Below are positions 54,701 to 60,775 of a stretch of 62,027 bases of DNA, one piece after another. The DNA lies in assembly GCA_900547725.1 (NCBI GenBank), contig URHR01000003.1:1-62027 (forward strand), in the 5' to 3' direction. Each line of letters begins with the position of its first letter. The stretch's first letter is position 1. Both the position numbers and the translations under genes were made by a program. A model generated the notes under the pieces. That model was not told the origin of the DNA. It made no database searches and saw nothing but the letters and a program-made list of their open reading frames with translations. This DNA is from an uncultured Eubacteriales bacterium (GTDB taxonomy: Bacteria; Bacillota; Clostridia; Oscillospirales; CAG-272).

Positions 54701-55871
54701 GAACTACGTCCTGACGAATCACATCACGGCGGGCGGCGGCGCTTGGGACGAACACGGGCTTGTCAGCTGGACGGCGATCGGCGCGAACAGCCCGAGAGGT
54801 TTCTCGGGGACTTTCAACGGAAACGGGTATAAAATTTCCGTTTCGGCAAAAGGCGGAACAAAACAAAACTTCGGTCTGTTCTCTAAGATCAGCGGAACGG
54901 TTTACAATCTGTCGGTTGTAGGGTATTTCTCGATAAGCGGCACGACCGACGCGACTGCTCTCGGCGCATTTGCAAGTGAAGTTTCGGAGAGCGGACGAAT
55001 TATCGATTGCGTGAGCTTCGTCAGATTTACCGTTTCCGTAAAAGCAAATCGGAATCTTTCCGTTTCGGGTGCAATCGGCGTGAACAACGGTCTTATAGAC
55101 GGGTTTATGACTTCGGCGAGCGGAGAGATCAACATCGACAGCGACAAAGGGTTTTACGTCGGTTCAACGGTCGGTTCCAACTACGGCACGATGAAAAACG
55201 TCAATCAAAGCGGAAGGGGTGGTTCGGTTTACGTGACGCTTGCAAGAAGTCTGAATTGCAATATCGGCTCGTTCGCGGGCTACAATGCAGGCAGAATCGA
55301 ACATTGTTTCTCGGAAAGAGCGATAACGATAAATCTTTCGCAGGGCGACAACGTATATCTCGAAAACTCCGTTTTGCTCGGCGGGTTTGCGGGTAAAAAC
55401 GACGGGACTATCGAAAACTCGACCACGCTATACGGATACCTTGACTACAACGTGAGCAACCTTACGTTGCTGGGCGAAAAAGGACTGTATCTGTCCTACA
55501 TTTCGTACTCGGAAACGCCGCGTTATATCGTTTATGTTGTCGGTTCTGATAGTCAAGGTCCGACATATACCACAAAATGCGTGATCTATCTTGACGAGAA
55601 AGCTCAAAAGACCGGTTCTACGGAATATGAAGAATACACGCTTTCCGAATTCCGCAAGGCGCATCCTGCCGAAGCGGCAAAGATAGACGCGCTCAGAGGT
55701 TGCATCGTTTTCGACGCATTTGTTCCCGTAAATAACGGTAAAACCGATAACTGCTTCGTTGCGCCGGGCGTGGGAACCGGCAACGGTGTGGAACTCGTTT
55801 CAGGCTGCGGTTTCGACGAATTAAAGTGGAATTTCCTTTTGAGATTGCACAGCACTGTTTATGAACCGTAA
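48729..55871 (+). CDS. Giant (2380 aa) N-terminally anchored surface protein with Listeria-Bacteroides-type repeats and a C-terminal GLUG-like module
   Basis: GGAGG lies 4 nt upstream. The TM anchor is KKTVIIILVAALAVLAAVGTVIGIVV. Repeats are of the type VTFVTNGG..I.P......G......P....K.G..F.GWYYD. The C-terminal region has FSGTFNGNGYKISV and GG[IF][VA]G units. The gene is visibly more AT-rich than its neighbours. Confidence 0.85.
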   Translation: MEIRVKKTVIIILVAALAVLAAVGTVIGIVVSRRGQNPTVTVTVTFVTNGGKEIAPVTLQKGETLTLPTAEKDGRVFADWYYDGEFAQVCPTEITVEKDETLYARYGAVLTFVTNGGTEIEPRTYFEGEEIGTLPVSYKDDFSFGGWYYDAEYSQNVGKKDTIEYALTVYARFSEKSETIRKLTSVKNVSLSPAVKVKTDGIVLHNENISDYISFVSLSGETIDLICRPSENGAFIVEPNKNLSEGMTYSARTLSSLLKFVAVDGNDTESADEVTITTHKEEKEVIEKKTSVHLTSAELAGWEENVYVYMDAGLEKNVNRIVARTEKELKVGSIVTVGEKTTAQDTDYICKVISAGKERMQYVVGSDIKEDEFYVLDVVTPNVDDVYIDIDIYGEKQAQLEGVIKISAETIAENVEKNEGIVMLKSAVRNAIAQSPTITNYTNALSEAEKAAVVAAIAGFEFQKPKVKIDITGTVLAFGIELGGEIRVKNFKVGVSVTIKNRTQVDYRYTICKSGLVTLNPLLWFYTDIQVDLANDFSISLAATVEFADAKDDIHGIIDITDEVEYVMDIAKDGQNKFAEAITGSPLWDDSELEYVDIFSIPLGQIPLPVPVVSLMMEFNVVGSLGARAGLYVEFSHHYVETTTLTNGESADGNNGKPVMHKEFRFLRNTSANEIELSVTLKGQVGFRCGLEAKLSLSVLKLNNVASVYVSFRFGPYIELSGLVNFRYSYDAVNKISETHLYGGMYLEVGLFVNAKIGAKFLVYDVNTDIFDKKIPLYGVGDRLIPLGFVEKQNSPDNPYVIVSRYGGVRMNSVQMKYLDIVTGEEVVDNALRNRYGAQLWYEFELVDAPDYQTKNHSDYVTMNAGTFSVSKKYPYKTLHFVVKAKMLQRHGVYASGIERIFYVEYRNPDGRDYATQYSEFINEYYVGGGSRHSEVLARLAFREGEQVSPPDFTAETLPIRQGYYLDMNDLWEKYYPFLDNRVDSEFDGTFPVVTYENANMLFKGYMIVHTCYYRLKWKQVTYTADFYYPQYSSADVVSENKFLKSAQMLYVPSLRSFIVLTDKITAPDIYGKKYDAFVSTSGLRFTVDYFNVDPDSDLFAGFDMEAGLYPIIRVDTDSDLYRNDFDIIRNGATFVATYTDANVFTETYVLETETFGRVKVEYKPFGYNGKTIRPSPPAGLGIGDEFEQNGNTYVITGYRDINPADEANSRYYSVADMPDVTKNRIYYVLYERKGLSELPVYYVNIVANGQKIGDYGVKQGEPINVALLKLNFSDKTVISRLAGYPLMTLDETIKTYSVVWDEANIPAQMPEGDITVNLTATYTFNELTAEFIVSNPLQRFAGGVRFETKPDGNKVYTAKGKAWIFGSGDETAFYSLPKLNDYFDSDGKKYYAFYGWKNAGGEEYPYGIRMAFVKNEVYTPIFSEKTVLPTIAFVSVGDYGYEYYYKIAEGDFFGKTLAEVIQSEKIAPPVRGDATGIYEYRFRDWGIDETSYVVGSEKDGDGNVKTYIVFKARFNETYKRHTITFEALGGAFPGGEKTLKKVGVYGEDISSVIAGNYSDEKGDFAFICWTTVPYSLDHKVDKEDLKIGNKDATYYAYYSLSPATVTLTFKGRVQTEESDGTGNVYFGGDKTKTELKVSDLYGRGYYLTAGEFAVDSKSKTFVPDYLKWTVDGEELRSAFYNDGYMAYIPFDSNATVEIVFKPATPKIVNLAFVSDGKCFEPDGTIIDGVICNGSMSGFRHVANYYEAYGSTMTAPNVDYYSENYYRFDRWEAKTSDGNSVISVRAGDTITFTEDLVFYGVYVHDTSVKVELTFRADASYGSSEGNGDLVGLKVFDDGSVEIKDYGTAGEKIAFDKIPSCKGMKFVGWRTNDSDEIITPSKLKETVYSAKTTYYAVYEPDAEVYKVVLNAGDGKFADGTTEKEVDRVPFGRLTKELEKPAPNASGLVFSHYENESGYPVTVIEKGETLYARYAKPVSTFEDLLNINLAPEQNYVLTNHITAGGGAWDEHGLVSWTAIGANSPRGFSGTFNGNGYKISVSAKGGTKQNFGLFSKISGTVYNLSVVGYFSISGTTDATALGAFASEVSESGRIIDCVSFVRFTVSVKANRNLSVSGAIGVNNGLIDGFMTSASGEINIDSDKGFYVGSTVGSNYGTMKNVNQSGRGGSVYVTLARSLNCNIGSFAGYNAGRIEHCFSERAITINLSQGDNVYLENSVLLGGFAGKNDGTIENSTTLYGYLDYNVSNLTLLGEKGLYLSYISYSETPRYIVYVVGSDSQGPTYTTKCVIYLDEKAQKTGSTEYEEYTLSEFRKAHPAEAAKIDALRGCIVFDAFVPVNNGKTDNCFVAPGVGTGNGVELVSGCGFDELKWNFLLRLHSTVYEP

Positions 55872-55916
55872 AAGACGGCGGCAGAATTTCTGCCGCCAAA
55901 GACTGCAGACCAAAAA

Positions 55917-55966
55917 GCACTCACACCGAAGCAATAGCCGAGGTGTGAGCGCTTTTTCGATTTTTA
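55917..55966 (+). terminator. Intrinsic terminator of the giant gene
   Basis: GC(A)CTCACACC (55917..55927) pairs with GGTGTGAG(C)GC (55942..55952), followed by TTTTTCGATTTTTA. A 9-bp hairpin at 55877..55897 precedes it. Confidence 0.75.
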
Positions 55967-56209
55967 TGCGGGCGTCGTTGCGGAATCAGCTGATAAGTCC
56001 GTTTTCAATGTGACGGAACTGCTCGCTGCGGCGGCGGACGGCGGAAAAATCGCTGTTGCTGCCGGGTTTGGTCAGACTGTGCAAAATCTTTGTAAAACGC
56101 TTGTAAAATATGCCGAATGCGACGCTGTTGCACAATAAGAAGCGACAAAATGCTAAATTCTGATGTCATTCTGTTATTGAAAATGAGGTGAAAATGTGAT
56201 ATGTTATAA

Positions 56210-56449
56210 ATGAATCCCGGCGGTTTACCACGGGAAAACTTCTACGGCGCGTACACCAAGGACGATCTGCCGGAGGATCTGAACTACGGCGGGAAGACTG
56301 TTACTATCTTTGTGGATGCCGCGCACGCGGACGGTGTGCGGAAATTTGCCGTTCTGACCGATGACGCCGCCTGCAATACCTCCGACCACTGCCCGGTGAT
56401 GATTGAGTGGGAGACTGACAGATTCCCTTTTTCCAAAAAAGGAGCAGAA
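56210..56449 (+). pseudogene. Possible relic of the 3' end of an endonuclease/exonuclease/phosphatase (EEP) family gene, in frame with the next CDS
   Basis: The 80 codons end in ...FAVLTDDAACNTSDHCPVMIEWETD, which matches the terminal SDH-x-PV motif of EEP enzymes. The frame opens right after a TAA and has no SD. A strong SD precedes the internal ATG at 56450. Confidence 0.4.
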
Positions 56450-58075
56450 ATGAAACCAATGAAACCATTGTATGAAAGCCGCAAGGCAAGTTTTGAGCGG
56501 GCTGTTTACCGCCCGAATTCCAATGTCATCGCACCGCCTGTCGCCGCGGTTTTTGCCACAGGGGCGTTGGGGGAGCGGATGAAACAGGAGCCGCCGCAGA
56601 CTGTCTTTTTTCGTGTTTTTCCGGATCTGACGGTGAAAGACGGTGCCGGTGTTCCGGTCGGAACGCTTTATGACTGTCTGGACAGCACCCGAAGCGCGGT
56701 TCCGGTGCTGTACCTTGACGATCTGTCGGTCTCGCAGGCGCTGGTTTCCTTCGTCTGGGAGAATGCACTGGGAGACGCGGCGCTGTGCGTTCCGATTGCG
56801 TTGGCAAAGCAGGCGGAGGAGCTTTTTCTCCGCGTGCCGCATCTGCGCAGAATTCTGGACTGCCGCGCCGTCGGTGTCGGTGCCGACTGGTTTGCCGTTT
56901 CGGAGCGGGCGTGGTCGGTGGGGGCTGTCGGGCTGTTGATTTCGGCAGATCAGACCGATTGGGATACGCTGAATCTGCTGCACGAGCGCGGGCACAGCAT
57001 CTGGTGCGATGCGGCAGGGCAGGAGGCGGCTGCGATTTTTGCGGGGGCGGACGGCATTCTGACCGATTCCCCCGCGCGGGTATACGGCATTTTAGGGGCG
57101 CTCCCGGAGCATTCCCGCACGCGGCGCTACCGCCTTCTGGCGCACAAGGGCTACCAGGACGAATACCGCCTGCCGGAAAACTCGATCCGGGCGGTGGTGC
57201 GCGGCGCGGAGCTGGGGCTGGACGGCGCGGAGATTGATATCAAACTGACGCGGGACGGCATTCCGTTCGTCATTCATAATCCAACCACCAAAGCAATGCT
57301 GACCGGCGAGGAGCGGGTGGTGGAAACGTTGACGGCGGCGGAGCTGGAGGCACGCGAGCGTACCGATTTTCCGGGCGAGCGAACCGACCGGCTGGAGAAA
57401 ATGCTGGCTGCGGTTTCCTGCCGCCCGCACTATCCGGTGTTTGTGGAATTCAAGCCGGCACAGAAGTTTTACCACATTGAGCGGATGGCGCACGCGGTGC
57501 GGGAGATTCTTGCGCGGACGGGCACGGAACGGGGCGTTGTGGTGCTTGGCGAGGCTGACGAGATGCGCTGTCTTGCAAATCTGCTTCCGGGACAGCCGAA
57601 GCTTGCCGGCGTTTGGGAGAAGCCGCAGCCGCCCGAAACGCCCGCGGAGGCAACCGAACTGCTCTGGCGGCTCTGGAGCCGGGTTGCGGATGCGCCGGCG
57701 GGGCTTTGCGTGGAGGACGTAATGGTCAACCGGCTGTTTGCCGAGGAAGCGGCATTGCGCGGCATCCGTGTGGTGGTGTGGACGCGAAGCTGGTATTCTT
57801 CGCCTTCGCTTTGGGAAAACGACGGCGAGCGGTCGGACGAGGGCTTTCTGGACGGCTACAGCGCAACGATTTCCGATCACGCCGACAAATACCTGCACAT
57901 CCCGCTCCGGCTGGAAGCGGCGGGAGACCGTGTGGCGGCTGTCATGCGGGACGGAACGAGCCATGCGGTACCGGAGGCGGAATGGTTTGCTTTGCCGGAC
58001 GGCACGCGGATTCCGGGGGTGCGCGTTGCTCTCCCGACGGGGAAATATTTTTACCTGTTTGGGCAGGCAATTTAA
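56450..58075 (+). CDS. Glycerophosphodiester phosphodiesterase (GDPD) domain protein with a long N-terminal extension
   Basis: ORF 56210..58075. I prefer the start at ATG 56450 (AAAGGAGCAGAA upstream). The GDPD block is LLAHKGYQDEYRLPENSIRAVVRGAELGLDGAEIDIKLTRDGIPFVIHN. Confidence 0.68.
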   Translation: MKPMKPLYESRKASFERAVYRPNSNVIAPPVAAVFATGALGERMKQEPPQTVFFRVFPDLTVKDGAGVPVGTLYDCLDSTRSAVPVLYLDDLSVSQALVSFVWENALGDAALCVPIALAKQAEELFLRVPHLRRILDCRAVGVGADWFAVSERAWSVGAVGLLISADQTDWDTLNLLHERGHSIWCDAAGQEAAAIFAGADGILTDSPARVYGILGALPEHSRTRRYRLLAHKGYQDEYRLPENSIRAVVRGAELGLDGAEIDIKLTRDGIPFVIHNPTTKAMLTGEERVVETLTAAELEARERTDFPGERTDRLEKMLAAVSCRPHYPVFVEFKPAQKFYHIERMAHAVREILARTGTERGVVVLGEADEMRCLANLLPGQPKLAGVWEKPQPPETPAEATELLWRLWSRVADAPAGLCVEDVMVNRLFAEEAALRGIRVVVWTRSWYSSPSLWENDGERSDEGFLDGYSATISDHADKYLHIPLRLEAAGDRVAAVMRDGTSHAVPEAEWFALPDGTRIPGVRVALPTGKYFYLFGQAI

Positions 58076-58158
58076 CAGTTTGTTCTTCTATTGCGGGCGG
58101 GATTGTGATATGATAATTTCAGTGTACGGATTGTGAAAAGAGCAAAGGGGATGCGCCT

Positions 58159-59139
58159 ATGAAATGTTCCTATATCCGGCAGACGTCGGAATTTTCCCAA
58201 TTCTGTTATCTGAAAAGTCCCGCCGAATTCGACACGCCGGCGGACGGGCAGCGGTACTACAAAAACATGGTGTTCCTCACCAACCCGAATGACGCGGAGG
58301 CGGAGCTTTTTGTGGAGTCGTTGGGGTATGAGATTTCCGACCCGAAAAAGAATCTGATCAACCGGCTCTATCCGCATTCGATGATTATCCACTATATTGT
58401 GGGCGGTCACGGCTTTTTCAACGGCAAGCCGATTGCCCGCGGGGACTGCGTGGTAGCGGAATGCAACAAGCCGCACACCCTGCGCACCGATCCGGAGGAC
58501 ACGCTGGAATTCTATTGGGTCATGCTGCGAAGCCGTCAGACTCCGGACACCTCCCGCTGGGGGCTTCCGAAAGGACAGGAAATCTTCCGGTACGGTTTTG
58601 AGGAGGATATGCGAAGGATTTTTCGGGAGATGCTTTATTTCGACCGTCACGACTGCGAACCCTACTGGTTCTATATGGGAAAGCTGTACGAGCTGATTGC
58701 GTTCCACACTAGCGTCAGGATTGAGAAGGCGGAGGAGGAAAAGACCGACTACCGCTTCAGTCACACCATTTCCTTTGCCATGCGGATGTGGGAGCAGACC
58801 AACTATCAGCTTTCGGTGGAGGACATTGCGCGCTCGCTCGGCTTTTCACGCAAGTATTTCAGCGCTGTTTTCCGGAAGTACGTTGGGATTACGCCGCAGG
58901 ACTATGTAGTGGACCGCCGAAACCGGATGGCAAAGATCCGGCTGGATGCGGGAGAGAGCAACCTCAAAACGCTGGCGTATCAGCTGGGGTACAGCGATTA
59001 CTCCTCGTTTTCGCGGGCATTCAAGCGTGCGGTCGGCATTTCTCCGCAGGAATACCAGCGGCAGGCGCAGAACGGCACCGGGCATCCGGACTGCAGGGAC
59101 GAACGCGGGGCTTCAGCCGACAAAGAGAAGGGGAGCTGA
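58159..59139 (+). CDS. AraC-family transcriptional regulator (cupin plus HTH)
   Basis: 326 aa. The HTH is VEDIARSLGFSRKYFSAVFRKYVGITPQDYVVDRR...LGYSDYSSFSRAFKRAVGISPQEY. Confidence 0.85.
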   Translation: MKCSYIRQTSEFSQFCYLKSPAEFDTPADGQRYYKNMVFLTNPNDAEAELFVESLGYEISDPKKNLINRLYPHSMIIHYIVGGHGFFNGKPIARGDCVVAECNKPHTLRTDPEDTLEFYWVMLRSRQTPDTSRWGLPKGQEIFRYGFEEDMRRIFREMLYFDRHDCEPYWFYMGKLYELIAFHTSVRIEKAEEEKTDYRFSHTISFAMRMWEQTNYQLSVEDIARSLGFSRKYFSAVFRKYVGITPQDYVVDRRNRMAKIRLDAGESNLKTLAYQLGYSDYSSFSRAFKRAVGISPQEYQRQAQNGTGHPDCRDERGASADKEKGS

Positions 59140-59140
59140 C

Positions 59141-59260
59141 ATGAAAATCGGGGTATTTGCCGATCCGCATGATTGCGGCAGCGAGGTGCTCTGCCGAACG
59201 CGCCGACCGCGGCTTTCCTATGAAAAGGTGCGGCAGGTGATGGAGGCATCCCGTATCTGA
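59141..59260 (+). pseudogene. Truncated N-terminus of a calcineurin-like metallophosphoesterase
   Basis: It is 39 codons. MKIGVFADPHDCGSE is the canonical motif-I start of metallophosphoesterases, but the frame stops after 39 aa. Confidence 0.45.
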
Positions 59261-59321
59261 CCGTTCCCGCGCTCTGCGAGGGAGAGGCGATACCTTGCCG
59301 GATTCTGGAAATCTGAAGCAA

Positions 59322-59354
59322 AAAGGCTTTGAGACAACACTCAAAGCCTTTTTT
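59322..59354. terminator. Bidirectional intrinsic terminator
   Basis: AAAGGCTTTGAG, a 6-nt loop, and CTCAAAGCCTTT, flanked by an A-run upstream and a T-run downstream. It lies between convergent + and - transcription units. Confidence 0.75.
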
Positions 59355-59516
59355 GCGGTTATAGGGGATTGCCCGGAGTGGATGTCGGAGCGGTCGCTGT
59401 AACTGTCGCCCGAAAAAAGGAACAAAAGCCGTTCGATCTGCCGCCCGCCGATTCGGATATGCTCCGGATTTACGCCTGCCTTGTGAAGCGGCGCGGGATC
59501 GACCGCGATGTCATGT

Positions 59517-60350
59517 TCAGACGCCGCTGTAGGCGTTGAAGCCGCCGTCAACCGGGACGATCACTCCGGTGACAAAGCCGCTGGCATCGTCCGAGGCGAG
59601 CCAGAGGAGCGTGCCGATGAGGTCGCTCACCTCTCCGAAGCGTTTCTGCGGAGTTGCGGCAAGAATCTTGCCCGTGCGCGCCGTGGGATTGCCGTCCGCG
59701 TCAAACAGCAGAGCGCGGTTCTGGTTGGTCACAAAGAACCCGGGTGCAATGGCATTGACGCGGATGCCGCAGGGGGCGAAGTGAACCGCGAGCCACTCGG
59801 TAAAGTTGGAAATCCCCGCCTTTGCCGCGCTGTACGCAGGAATTTTGGTCAGGGGTCGGAAGGCGTTCATCGATGAAATATTGATGATGTTTCCGCCGGT
59901 CTGCACCATGTCCTTCGCGAACACCTGCGTGACCAGAAATGCCGAGGTGATGTTCAGGTCGAACACGAACTTCAGCCCCGATTCCTCCAAGCCGAAAAAG
60001 GACTTGACGGTATCATCGGTCTCCGGGGTCATCGTCTCATTGTCGCAGGTCGCGCGCGGATTGTTCCCGCCGGCGCCGTTGATGAGGAAATTCACCCTGC
60101 CGAACGCCTGATGCACCCGTTCCGCCGCCGCTTCAATGCTCGCCTTGTCAAGGCAATTCGTGCCGACGGCAATCGCGTTTTCACCGATTTCATCCGCGAC
60201 CGCCTTCGCCGCCGCCTCGTTGATGTCCAGAAGCGCCACCTTTGCTCCGCACGCCGCCAGCGCCCGGCAGAATTCGCTCATCAGCACCCCGCCCGCGCCG
60301 GTTACGGCAACCACTTTATCCGAGAGGTCGATTTGATACGGTAGTTTCAT
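59517..60350 (-). CDS. SDR-family oxidoreductase, UxuB-like (fructuronate reductase type) by insert pattern and context
   Basis: 277 aa. It has VAVTGAGGVLMSEF, NGAGGN, the insert FFGLEESGLKFVFDLN, and YSAAK. The SDR assignment is firm; the UxuB assignment is tentative. Confidence 0.8.
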   Translation of the reverse strand: MKLPYQIDLSDKVVAVTGAGGVLMSEFCRALAACGAKVALLDINEAAAKAVADEIGENAIAVGTNCLDKASIEAAAERVHQAFGRVNFLINGAGGNNPRATCDNETMTPETDDTVKSFFGLEESGLKFVFDLNITSAFLVTQVFAKDMVQTGGNIINISSMNAFRPLTKIPAYSAAKAGISNFTEWLAVHFAPCGIRVNAIAPGFFVTNQNRALLFDADGNPTARTGKILAATPQKRFGEVSDLIGTLLWLASDDASGFVTGVIVPVDGGFNAYSGV

Positions 60351-60363
60351 TGTTTCTCCTTTC

Positions 60364-60457
60364 TAAGACCTTGGGACTCTGTCCCAACCCCTGCTTAGGG
60401 GACTTCTTAAGGAGAAGTCCCCTAAGAACCTTCAAGACCTTCCATGAGGGGGCTTCG
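60364..60457 (-). repeat. SD-abutting double-hairpin leader element, copy L3
   Basis: In gene orientation: ...CCCCCTCATGGAAGGTCTTGAAGGTT-CTTAGGGGACTTCTCCTTAAGAAGTCCCCTAAG-CAGGGGTT-GGGACAGAGTCCC-AAGGTCTTA followed by GAAAGGAGAAACA-ATG. 60365..60437 matches 61955..62027 at 72/73 positions. Confidence 0.8.
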
Positions 60458-60493
60458 GCGTAGCTATTTTTATAATACAAATTCTGTACCTTC

Positions 60494-60724
60494 ATTCTCC
60501 CCCTCCAATCCAAACAAATTACAACCAACCAAACGAGCGCGATAGCCGCACTCCGGGAGGCATCCCTCCCAAATCCGAAAATAACTTTCCTCCCCGCGGC
60601 AACCAAATCTTTCCCAAAAGAGAGTACCACTTCAATCCCCGCACCACCAAACAGACAGTGCTGTTTGTGCGGTTGCCGTGGGGAGGAAAGTTAGGGGAGA
60701 TGAGGGAGGTTTGGAGGGAGAAGG
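60494..60724 (+). repeat. ~230-nt imperfect long inverted repeat (structured-RNA or MITE candidate)
   Basis: The inner arms 60583..60604 (AACTTTCCTCCCCGCGGCAACC) and 60671..60692 are complementary at 21/22; the one mismatch is a G-U pair only on the + strand. The outer arms 60495..60508 and 60711..60722 pair with a 2-nt bulge. There is an apical 7-bp hairpin at 60648..60667. The left arm is CU-rich and the right arm is GA-rich. Confidence 0.6.
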
Positions 60725-60775
60725 ACACCCTCCGAAAGGGGGTCCTTCTTCCTCCAAGGTCTTCCCCCTCACCCC

